NCBI GenBank assembly: GCA_040901675.1
Contig: JBBDYJ010000038.1
Location: 1-64,000, forward strand
Reading direction: 5' to 3'
From: Pirellulales bacterium
GTDB lineage: Bacteria; Planctomycetota; Planctomycetia; Pirellulales; JAICIG01
Length of the DNA stretch: 64,000 nucleotides
The notes beneath the pieces are model-generated. The model searched no databases. It saw nothing but the letters and a program-made list of their open reading frames with translations, and had not been told where the DNA came from. The translations under genes and the position numbers were made by a program. Positions within the stretch are counted from its first letter, which is position 1. Each line of letters begins with the position of its first letter. This document shows positions 28,576 to 39,488 of the stretch, piece after piece.

Positions 28576-29207
28576 TCTTCCGCAGAATCTGTGGGTGGGT
28601 TCGGTTAAACAATGAGCTTCTGCGGGATCTGCAGGTGTAGGTAGAGATCGAAAGTACGGGTTCCTCTTCTCTGCTCGGGGAGATGTTGGTGCCGGGCATT
28701 GACTTTGAAGCCGTGCGGTCTGAAGTGTCCATGGCCCAGGTCCTGAAACTGTTGGGGTTTGTCCCAGGGCGGAGCAAGGGGGATCAAGTGCGAGGACCTT
28801 GTCCTGTACATCGGTCCGCGTCGCCACGAAGTCGGCCTTTCTCGGCAAATCTTGGCGAAAACGCCTATCGCTGCTTCCGTTGTGGTTCCGGAGGAAATCA
28901 ACTGGACCTTTGGGCGGCAGCCACCAAGACAAGCCTCCACGATGCAACCATTGACCTTTGCGAGAAGCTTCATTTGGAGGTCCCGTGGATTCATCGATGG
29001 TGAATGGTTCACGCGTCCTTCCCGCTCGACACCGGCAAGCAGAGAAGAGGAACCCGTACTATGGCGCCGGAAAACCACCTGTGGATCCAGGCAGCCGTTT
29101 TTTGAGGTCGAAATCTTAAGAGGGCTTGATACGCAGCGCAGCTCGGGGAAAAAGGGGGCTTCCATGCCCGAAATCGTTAAGAGACCACCCACAGATTCTG
29201 CTGAGGA
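28576..29207. mobile_element. Putative non-autonomous element with nested inverted repeats
   Basis: Outer IR GCAGAATCTGTGGGTGG at 28582-28598 / 29185-29201 (21/23 identity over 28576-28598 / 29185-29207). Inner perfect 23-bp IR AGTACGGGTTCCTCTTCTCTGCT at 28653-28675 / 29038-29060. Confidence 0.6.
28683..29003 (+). CDS. CHC2 zinc-finger (primase ZBD-like) protein
   Basis: IDFEAVRSEVSMAQVL, RGPCPVH, FSANL, YRCFRCGSGGNQLDL, DLCEKL. Confidence 0.8.
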   Translation: MLVPGIDFEAVRSEVSMAQVLKLLGFVPGRSKGDQVRGPCPVHRSASPRSRPFSANLGENAYRCFRCGSGGNQLDLWAAATKTSLHDATIDLCEKLHLEVPWIHRW

Positions 29208-29222
29208 GGCAGGAAATAGGAG

Positions 29223-29285
29223 ACCAGTGACCAGTGACCAGTGACCAGTGACACCAGTGACCAGTGACCAGTGACCAGTGACCAA
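29223..29285. repeat. Tandem heptamer array (ACCAGTG)n
   Basis: About 9 copies, inverted and one base different relative to the 28501 array. Confidence 0.9.
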
Positions 29286-29288
29286 TTC

Positions 29289-30662
29289 ATGTCCGATACA
29301 ATCGAGCCGGCCGGCGAGCCGGCTGCGGAAAACGAAAACGAGGAACCCGGCCAGCTCGGCTTTCGCCTGGCGGCGGCCAAGGTCCGCGAGTTTCCCCAGT
29401 CGCCGGGCGTCTACCTGATGAAAGACTCCGCCGGCCGCGTGATCTACGTCGGCAAGGCCAAGAACCTGCGGGCCCGGGCCGGCAGTTACTTTCTCAAGGC
29501 GGCGGCGGACGAGCGGCGGACCGGCGACCTGATGCGCGAGGTCGCCGACATCGACTTTATCGAGTCCGACAGCGAGGTCGATGCGCTGTTGGTCGAGGCC
29601 CGGCTGATCAAGGACGTGCAGCCCAAGTTCAACCAGGAGCTCAAGGACGACAAGACCTTTCCTTACCTGGAAATCTTCGTCCGCGAGGATTTTCCCCGCG
29701 TCGAGTTCACCCGCGAGCCCAAACAGCGCGGCACCAAGCTCTATGGGCCCTTTGCCAGCGCGGGCAGCCTGCGGGGCGCGATCCAGGTGCTGCAAAAGAT
29801 CTTCAAGTTCCGCACCTGCGGCCTCGACATCGACGAGGGGGACGAAAAGTGGCGCTGGTTCAGGCCTTGCCTGCTGGCCAGCATCAACCAGTGTACCGCG
29901 CCTTGCAACCTGCGGATCTCCCGCGAGGAATATCGCCGCGACATCGCCCGGCTGAGGATGTTCCTGGAAGGCAAGAAGGACAAGCTGCTCCGCCAGATGC
30001 GCAAGGAAATGGCCGAGGCCTCGAAGCAGCTCCGCTTCGAGCAGGCGGCCCGGCTGCGCGACGAGATCCAGATGCTGGAGAACCTCGACCGCCGCGGCGA
30101 GCTGGACACGCACGTGCAGCCGGAGGTCTTTTACATCGATCCCAAAAAAGGCCTGGCCGGGCTCAAGAAGGTGCTGCGGCTCGACAAGCAGCCCCGCACG
30201 ATCGAAGGCGTCGACATTGCCCACCTGGGAGGCGGAGAGACCGTGGCCAGCCTCGTGCAATTCATCGACGGGCTGCCCTTCAAGCCGGGCTACAAGCGCT
30301 ACAAGATCCGGGGCGTGGCGGGAGTCGACGACTTCGCCAGCATCCACGAAGTGGTCGCCCGCCGCTTCCAGCGCCTGGACGCCGAAGGCGAAACCTTTCC
30401 AGACATCCTGTTGATCGATGGTGGCAAGGGCCAGTTGAGCGCCGGCCTGGCCGCCTTTGAAGCCTTGGGCCTCCAGCCGCCGACTGTGCTCTCGCTGGCG
30501 AAGCGCGAGGAGGAGCTGTACGTCGCCGGTCACGATGAGCCCTTGCGGCTCAGCCGCCACGCTTACGCGCTGCGGTTGCTGCAGTACGTCCGCGACGAGG
30601 CGCATCGTTTCGCGCAGCACTACCACCACATCCTCCGCCGCAAGTCGACCCTCGGCGACTGA
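29289..30662 (+). CDS. uvrC: Excinuclease ABC subunit C (no C-terminal HhH domain)
   Basis: GIY-YIG (PGVYLMKD...IYVGKAKNLR), DDKTFPY, Cys cluster, UVR domain FEQAARLRD, IEGVDIAH, DDFASIHEV, IDGGKGQ, RDEAHRFA. Confidence 0.92.
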   Translation: MSDTIEPAGEPAAENENEEPGQLGFRLAAAKVREFPQSPGVYLMKDSAGRVIYVGKAKNLRARAGSYFLKAAADERRTGDLMREVADIDFIESDSEVDALLVEARLIKDVQPKFNQELKDDKTFPYLEIFVREDFPRVEFTREPKQRGTKLYGPFASAGSLRGAIQVLQKIFKFRTCGLDIDEGDEKWRWFRPCLLASINQCTAPCNLRISREEYRRDIARLRMFLEGKKDKLLRQMRKEMAEASKQLRFEQAARLRDEIQMLENLDRRGELDTHVQPEVFYIDPKKGLAGLKKVLRLDKQPRTIEGVDIAHLGGGETVASLVQFIDGLPFKPGYKRYKIRGVAGVDDFASIHEVVARRFQRLDAEGETFPDILLIDGGKGQLSAGLAAFEALGLQPPTVLSLAKREEELYVAGHDEPLRLSRHAYALRLLQYVRDEAHRFAQHYHHILRRKSTLGD

Positions 30663-30699
30663 CGGCGTGAAGCCTCGGGGTAGGAGAAATCGGGACGAA

Positions 30700-30737
30700 G
30701 ACTGGGGCACGCTGACGCTTTGCCGCCAGCCACCCGG
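30700..30737 (-). repeat. Palindromic intergenic repeat (compact copy)
   Basis: CCGGGTGGCTGGCGGCAAAGCGTCAGCGTGCCCCAGTC. Related copies at 37004, 45995 and 56407. Confidence 0.8.
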
Positions 30738-30853
30738 AGACGAGAGGTGTCGGCCCAGAACTCTGGCGAGTCGCCTTCCTCCTTCCTCCTTCTGCCGCAA
30801 CAGATTACCCGGTCTTTGGTTACGCACGGCCCATTTTTTCTTTGTCAAAATAG

Positions 30854-30881
30854 TTGCAATCCAATGCGGAGCTGCTACACT
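30854..30881 (+). promoter_or_regulatory. Candidate sigma70-like promoter for the mraZ-like gene
   Basis: TTGCAA-16 bp-TACACT in an AT-rich intergenic stretch. Confidence 0.35.
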
Positions 30882-31058
30882 CCGTATTCGTGGGTTTTAG
30901 ACCCAAATGAGCTGAAAAGCAGGTATTTTTAGGGAAAAACAGCCCAATTAGACGGAGCGTGAAACGCAGCGGCTAGGGAGGCGCCGACCACCAACAGTCG
31001 CCCAACGCGGCCTGCCATATCGGCCCCTGACGAGCTGTCGGCCCCTGACGAGCATCGC

Positions 31059-31544
31059 GTGACCGCCCCCGATGAGTTCATCCTCGGCGAATTTCAGCGG
31101 ACCTTCGACGAGCGGTATCGCCTGAGCATCCCCAGCGAACTGATGGCGGGGCTTGGGCCACGGCAAGTGGAGTGCATCCTGGCCAAAGAGCGGCCCGGCT
31201 GCTTGAGCTTATGGAACGCGGCCGTATGGCAAGCCAAGCTGGACGCCGGCGTCGACCTGGTCAAAGCCAAGATGCGGGCCGGTCGCCTGGAAGGTCAGCT
31301 CGGGCAGGTGCAGTTGCTGGGCCGCCTGCTTTCGACCCGGCACCGCAGGGTGTCGCTGGCCGCCCGCGGCCGGTTGATCGTGCCGGAAGGCTTTCGCGAG
31401 TTCTTGCACGCCGATCCGGGCAGCGACGTGCTGCTGGTCGGCGCGGCGGTGTGTATCGAGATCTGGAACCCGGCCGCCTGGCGAGCGTACCTGGAGCGGC
31501 GCATGCCTCGCTTCCGGAGGCTGTTTGATCGCTTATCGAGCTAA
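31059..31544 (+). CDS. mraZ: MraZ-family transcriptional regulator
   Basis: FILGEFQRTFDERYRLSIP, CLSLW, AARGRLIVPEGFREF, LVGAAVCIEIWN (two AbrB-like repeats). Confidence 0.8.
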   Translation: MTAPDEFILGEFQRTFDERYRLSIPSELMAGLGPRQVECILAKERPGCLSLWNAAVWQAKLDAGVDLVKAKMRAGRLEGQLGQVQLLGRLLSTRHRRVSLAARGRLIVPEGFREFLHADPGSDVLLVGAAVCIEIWNPAAWRAYLERRMPRFRRLFDRLSS

Positions 31545-31585
31545 GAAGCCAATCGAGCCAACAAGCCAATCGAGCTAAGGAGTCA
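31535..31585. repeat. Three tandem 17-bp repeats over the mraZ stop
   Basis: ATCGAGCTAAGAAGCCA / ATCGAGCCAACAAGCCA / ATCGAGCTAAGGAGTCA. Confidence 0.8.
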
Positions 31586-31751
31586 AGCCAGCCAGCGCCC
31601 ATGCCCGGTCGGGAGAAGAGTTTTCCTGTTTTCTCCCACCTGTTGTCACCCGGTTGGGAAACAAGCTTCCATGGATTGGATCTCATGGCATGGATGCCAC
31701 AATTTTCTTCCTTCCGGCCGGGCATGGTTTTTCAGTCAAGAGGCAGCGTGC

Positions 31752-32198
31752 CTATTCGGCGGGCGGGCGCTCGCCTGATTCGCCGCTTGCCGCGGGACGC
31801 TTTTGCACGGCGATGTAGGCGAGCCGCAGCTCGTGCAGCAGGCTTTCCAAAAGAAGGCTCTCCTGCTGGGTCCGGTTGCCTGCTGTCTTTTGCTCCAGCA
31901 TCTGTAGCGTGTCGATGAAGTGCTTCGCCTCGACCAGGTCGATCTCGGCCTTGCCCGTCAGAGGGTGCGCGATCTGCCCCAGGGACACCATCGCCTGGGT
32001 GGCCAGGGTGGTCAAAAGCACCGGCAGGCTGGCCGGCGGCATCTCGCCCGCGGCAGCCCGCATCTCGCCCGCGGCGGCCTGGCCGGGTTGCTGCTGCGAC
32101 TCCTGCTTGCGCTCCAGTTGTTCCTTCTCGCGCTGGACCTGAGTCTTCCAGTCCTCGTCGATGATGATCTTGGGCTTTTCGCCTGGTTGGTCCGCCAT
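31752..32198 (-). CDS. DUF1844 domain protein
   Basis: KIIIDEDWK, PPASL..L..QAMVSLG..HP, AKHFIDTLQMLEQKTAGN, LHELRLAY. Confidence 0.85.
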   Translation of the reverse strand: MADQPGEKPKIIIDEDWKTQVQREKEQLERKQESQQQPGQAAAGEMRAAAGEMPPASLPVLLTTLATQAMVSLGQIAHPLTGKAEIDLVEAKHFIDTLQMLEQKTAGNRTQQESLLLESLLHELRLAYIAVQKRPAASGESGERPPAE

Positions 32199-32280
32199 GC
32201 TCACTTCTCCACGTCGTGTGCCACTGCTTGGAGAGGCCGACGTGTCGGCCGCCAGAAGCAGCGCGCCCGTTCACGTTGGG

Positions 32281-34838
<2,558 letters not shown>

Positions 34839-34910
34839 GAGCCGGTCCTCCTTGACGGTCCTACAGGGTGCCTCGCCGGCCATGGCGGTCGGCCCGCCGC
34901 CGCCGACTTG

Positions 34911-34933
34911 GTAGAACGGAATTTCATTCCGTT
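34911..34933. repeat. GTAG-headed palindrome (REP-like)
   Basis: GTAGAACGGAATTTCATTCCGTT. Near-identical copy at 45900-45921. Confidence 0.7.
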
Positions 34934-35076
34934 ATCGAATTCGACCGTAATCCATACCATTCCCACGCATGCCAGGGTAGACCGGACGGCCGGATCGGCG
35001 ATAATTGGCCAACTCGCGGCTGGGTGGCGGGCCCACGGCCGGGGCGAGCTAAACTTGCCGGGAGGACCACCTTTTC

Positions 35077-36954
35077 ATGTGTGGCATTGTGGGGTACGTA
35101 GGACGGGGCGAGGCGGTTGATTTCCTGCTCCGCGGGCTGCGCCGGCTGGAATACCGCGGCTACGACAGCTCCGGGGTGGCCACCGTCGCCCGCCAGGGGC
35201 GGCTGGCGGTCACCAAGGCCGCCGGACGGCTCGACCGGTTGATCTCCAAGCTCGCCGATGCCCCGGTGGCCGGTCACGTCGGCCTGGGGCACACCCGCTG
35301 GGCCACGCACGGCCCGGCCACCGACGAGAACGCCCACCCCCACTTGGGCGGAAACCAGGTGGTCGCCGTGGTGCACAACGGCGTCATCGACAACTACCTG
35401 CCGCTCAAGAAGCGCCTTGCGAAGCAGGGGTATGAGTTCCTTTCGGCTACCGACAGCGAAGTCATCGCCCACCTCATCGCCAGCCACCTGGAGCAGCAGC
35501 CGCCGGCGGGCGGCCTGGCAAAAGCCGAGCACGAGCCGTATGCCCACCTGCTGGCGGCCATCACGTCGGCCTTGAAGCAGTTGCAGGGCACCTACGGCCT
35601 GGGGATTGTGTTTCGCGATCACCCCGACGTGCTCTTCGCCGCGCGGCTCGGCAGCCCCTTGGTGGTGGGCGTAGGCACGGACGAACACTTCATCGCCAGC
35701 GATGCCTCGCCGCTGGTCGGCTACACCGAAAAGATCGTCTACCTGGCCGATCATGAGCTGGCCATGGTGACCGCCGACACGCTCAAGGTGATCCACCGCG
35801 ACCAGGGAGAGGTGACTCACGACGTCCGCGTGCTGGCCATCGACGCGGGCGAGGTCGATCTGGGCGGCCACGAACATTACATGCTCAAGGAGATCTTCGA
35901 GCAGCCTGAAGCGCTCCGCAACACCATGCGCGGCCGGCTCAGCCTGGACCACGGCACGGCGCACTTCGGCGGCCTGAACCTGACGCCTCAGCAGCTCCGG
36001 TCGGTCGACCGCATCCTGCTGACCGCCTGCGGCACGAGCTGGCACGCGGCCCTGGTCGGCGAGTACCTGCTGGAGCAGTTTGCCCGAATCCCGGTCGAGG
36101 TCGAGTACGCCAGCGAGCTGCGCTATCGCAATCCGCCGCTGGGCAACCACACGCTGGTGTTCGCGATCACGCAGAGCGGCGAGACGGCCGACACGCTGGC
36201 GGCGGTGCGCGAAATGAAGCGGCAGGGGCACCCCACGCTGGCCATTTGCAACGTGGTCGGTTCGAGCATCGCCCAGGGGGCCGACGGAGGCATCTATCTG
36301 CACGCCGGGCCGGAGATCGGCGTGGCCTCGACGAAGGCCTTCACGTCGCAGTGCGCGGCCCTGGCCATGCTGGCCTTGTATTTCGGGCGGCTGCGGCATC
36401 TGGACCACGCCCAGGGGACGCGGATCGTCGAGCACTTGCAGAAACTTCCCGACCAGGTCCGGCAGGCCTTGCACACCGACGTGGAGGTGCGCCGCATCGC
36501 CGCCAAGTATTACCAGTGCCAGAACTTCCTCTACCTGGGCCGCCAGTACAATTTCCCCACTGCGTTGGAAGGGGCCCTGAAGCTGAAGGAGATCAGCTAC
36601 ATCCACGCCGAAGGCTATCCGGCCGCCGAGATGAAGCACGGTCCGATCGCCCTGGTCGACGAGAACACGCCCAGCGTATTTCTCATTCCCCAGGGAGCGG
36701 TGTACGACAAGGTGATGGCCAACATGGAGGAGATCAAGGCCCGCGGCGGCCCGGTGATCGCGGTCACCTGCGAGGCCGGCACGCGGGCCGCCGAGCTGGC
36801 CGACGACGTGATCCAGATCCCCACGCTCGAGGACTTTTTGCAGCCGATCGTAACCAGCATTCCCTTGCAGTTGCTGGCCTATCACATCGCCGTGTTGCGC
36901 GGCTGCGACGTCGACAAGCCCCGCAACCTCGCCAAAAGCGTCACCGTCGAGTGA
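35077..36954 (+). CDS. glmS: Glutamine--fructose-6-phosphate transaminase (isomerizing)
   Basis: MCGIVG, EYRGYDS, HTRWATHG, SQ-type QSGETADT, KHGPIAL, PRNLAKSVTVE. Confidence 0.98.
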   Translation: MCGIVGYVGRGEAVDFLLRGLRRLEYRGYDSSGVATVARQGRLAVTKAAGRLDRLISKLADAPVAGHVGLGHTRWATHGPATDENAHPHLGGNQVVAVVHNGVIDNYLPLKKRLAKQGYEFLSATDSEVIAHLIASHLEQQPPAGGLAKAEHEPYAHLLAAITSALKQLQGTYGLGIVFRDHPDVLFAARLGSPLVVGVGTDEHFIASDASPLVGYTEKIVYLADHELAMVTADTLKVIHRDQGEVTHDVRVLAIDAGEVDLGGHEHYMLKEIFEQPEALRNTMRGRLSLDHGTAHFGGLNLTPQQLRSVDRILLTACGTSWHAALVGEYLLEQFARIPVEVEYASELRYRNPPLGNHTLVFAITQSGETADTLAAVREMKRQGHPTLAICNVVGSSIAQGADGGIYLHAGPEIGVASTKAFTSQCAALAMLALYFGRLRHLDHAQGTRIVEHLQKLPDQVRQALHTDVEVRRIAAKYYQCQNFLYLGRQYNFPTALEGALKLKEISYIHAEGYPAAEMKHGPIALVDENTPSVFLIPQGAVYDKVMANMEEIKARGGPVIAVTCEAGTRAAELADDVIQIPTLEDFLQPIVTSIPLQLLAYHIAVLRGCDVDKPRNLAKSVTVE

Positions 36955-37003
36955 CGTTCGTACGGACCCCATTCACGGGGTCGGTGGCTGGAAAAACGTC
37001 CCA

Positions 37004-37230
37004 CCGGGTGGCTGGTGGCAAAGCAGGAAGGGCGATCTTGGTACTTAGGACTTGGTACTTGGGGAAGACGCCGGTAGCGTGCCCCAGTCTTCCTCCCTCG
37101 GTGCTTAGGTCTTTGTTCTTTTGCACTTTGCGCTCGGCTCGACTGAGCTCGCGACTCGACTGAGCTCGCCGAAGTCCGAAGTCCGGCTTCCTCCCTTCCT
37201 CCTTCTGCCTTCTGCCTCCCTCCTCTCCAG
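37004..37230. repeat. Composite intergenic repeat cluster
   Basis: Palindrome 37004-37089 with CTTGGTA heptamers in its loop, a 48-bp element at 37138-37185 identical (inverted) to 46015-46062, and CCTTCTG-like heptamers. Confidence 0.8.
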
Positions 37231-37290
37231 TCGTGGGCTATAGTTGTGGAACCACCCGGACGGAAACCCCCACGGCAAAGGCCTCCCAGC

Positions 37291-37590
37291 ATGGGCCATC
37301 ACGAGTACTCGCCCACCGACGAACTGCGCAGATCGACCCGCCTTACCAATCCGGTCAGCGATTTCGCATCGATCTGGTATCCCGAAGAGGCCGCCACCGC
37401 CGCCGAAGTGCACAATGAGTCGTTAGGCGGCATCGCGCTGGTGGTCGGCGACGTCTCTCATCTTGCGATCGGCTGCGAGGTCGGCATCGCCCACGCGGGC
37501 CTGTTGATGCGGGCCATTGTCCGGCACATCCAGCCCCACTCCGATGGCCGCTACATCGTCGGCTTCGAGTGCGAGCTGCTGCTCGACTAG
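37291..37590 (+). CDS. PilZ-like domain protein
   Basis: RRSTR and NESLGG match the PilZ RxxxR and (D/N)xSxxG motifs; ends YIVGFE. Confidence 0.65.
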   Translation: MGHHEYSPTDELRRSTRLTNPVSDFASIWYPEEAATAAEVHNESLGGIALVVGDVSHLAIGCEVGIAHAGLLMRAIVRHIQPHSDGRYIVGFECELLLD

Positions 37591-37671
37591 CGTCAACGAC
37601 GCAGGCAGCATTCGAAATCAATCGGGCATTCATTCGCACCGCCACTTCTGCAGCGAACGCAGCTATGTTGC

Positions 37672-39204
37672 TTAGGGAGCCGGCCGAGCACCGTGCTCAA
37701 GCAAGTAAGCCTCGATGTCGCGCCGTTGGAACCGCTTGGCATAGCCGAGGGGACTCTCTTTCCGACGTCCCCTCCAATTGACATGGGCCCCTCTGGAAAC
37801 CAGCAGCTTGACCATCTCAAGGCGTCCATGCTCGATGGCCACCAGGAGAGGCGTTGACCAGTCCTGGTGTTTCTCATCTGGATCGACCCCCGCATCGAGA
37901 AGTATCGTCGCCAGCTCGATCCCTCCGCTCTCCGCAGCTACGGCAAGGGGAGAGTTTCGATTGTCATTCAGGTTCGTTCGCGCTGGACTCGCCCCTCGGT
38001 CGAGGATAAAGCGGAGAACCTCAGGACGATTTTTGAGAATGCTGCCGACAACTGCGGCAAGGACGGGCGAACTGCCAAAGTCGTCCTCCTGCTTGACATC
38101 GGCTCCGGCCTGGAGAAGAGCTTCGGCCACGGGTAGCTCCCCAGCAACGAGCGATGCAGTTAAAGGCGTCTTTCCCCTAGTTCCGCTCTTGCTGACGTCA
38201 GCGCCAGCGGCAAGCAGAACACGCATCGATGCCAAATCGCCGGCCTGAGCCGCAACCGCGAGCGGCGTATCGGAGTGTCCGTCCTCACGATTCACATCGG
38301 AGCCACTTTTGACGAGAAAGCGAACGATGTTCGCTCGACGAGCGAGGATCGCGGCTGTAAGGGGAGTGCGATGGTTCTCGAGCTCGCCATCGAGTTCGGC
38401 TCCATGCTGGGCGAGCTGTTGAATGGCCTTGCCGATGGCGGACTCGTCTAACTTGAGTGCGTCTATCAGCTCTGGCGCGATTTGAGTGACCACGCCAACT
38501 GGACCACCCAACTTGGGATCGGCCCCCTTAGACAATAGTAATTCCACAAGGTCCAGTGAGAGGAATCTTATCGCAGTAACCAGAGGTGTTGCCCCCTCCG
38601 GACCGGGCCGATTGATGTCAGCGCCATGTTCCAGCAAGAGTACGGCAAGGGCCGCGTTCTTGGAGATTGCAGCCTGGTGCAGTGGCGCATTTTGCCAACC
38701 ATCGGTCGCGTTGACGTCCGCACCAGACTCCAAAAGAGCCTGGACCATCGCCGCGTCTCCCTGCTGCACAGCGGCCGTCAGTGGTGTTTCACCCTCGTTA
38801 TCCCAATACCATCCCCAGCGGCCCCGGCCATCGAGGTTTACTCCGAGCCTGGCGTAAAAGCGGATTCGGGCTTCATCGCTGCGATAAACAGCCTGCAGAA
38901 CCTCTCGCGTGCGGGGCCAAGAGACATAGAGAACCACACCTACCGCAATCACGACATTGGCCGCGAGGGTGGCCAGAGCCCATCGAGAGCGGCCGCGCGC
39001 AACCCAAAGAGCAATCCCAGCACCCGCACAGCCGAGACATCCCAGCAACGTCCCGGACACAAACAAGAATGACCGCGCCGTGTGAAAACCTTCGTAACGT
39101 TCGATTTCACTCGCGGTCGGCAGCCAAAGGACCAGAGAAACGACAACTGCTAAGCCCGAAAGCACGATCAAAGCACGGCAATAAGTCAAGCGAACCCGGC
39201 TCAT
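37672..39204 (-). CDS. Membrane-anchored ankyrin repeat protein
   Basis: Three N-terminal hydrophobic helices, then many TPLxxA...LLxxGADVN repeats. Confidence 0.92.
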   Translation of the reverse strand: MSRVRLTYCRALIVLSGLAVVVSLVLWLPTASEIERYEGFHTARSFLFVSGTLLGCLGCAGAGIALWVARGRSRWALATLAANVVIAVGVVLYVSWPRTREVLQAVYRSDEARIRFYARLGVNLDGRGRWGWYWDNEGETPLTAAVQQGDAAMVQALLESGADVNATDGWQNAPLHQAAISKNAALAVLLLEHGADINRPGPEGATPLVTAIRFLSLDLVELLLSKGADPKLGGPVGVVTQIAPELIDALKLDESAIGKAIQQLAQHGAELDGELENHRTPLTAAILARRANIVRFLVKSGSDVNREDGHSDTPLAVAAQAGDLASMRVLLAAGADVSKSGTRGKTPLTASLVAGELPVAEALLQAGADVKQEDDFGSSPVLAAVVGSILKNRPEVLRFILDRGASPARTNLNDNRNSPLAVAAESGGIELATILLDAGVDPDEKHQDWSTPLLVAIEHGRLEMVKLLVSRGAHVNWRGRRKESPLGYAKRFQRRDIEAYLLEHGARPAP

Positions 39205-39488
39205 GGTGATTTGCCGACCCCCGCGCATTGATAAAACCGCCTCTTAGTACAAAAGAGCTGTTCCGGCAGTGGGGTTTGCAGCAACTGCAATCCGAAACCG
39301 GCCGCCAGGCTTGTACCCGCCCCTGCCAGGATTCTATCTGGCCCAACGGGTTGCAGGAAAGATACGAAGCAAGGTTCGTGCGAGAAGCTGATTTCGGCCT
39401 TCGGCCTTCTGTCCCCTGCCGTAGGTCCGCCGAAGGTGGATTCCTATCCTCCGTCCTTCGGTTCCCCTTCTCCCCCTCCCCCCTTCCC

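Noticed and set aside
34884..35076. glmS ribozyme upstream of glmS
   Set aside because: No recognisable conserved core by eye; an Rfam scan would settle it.
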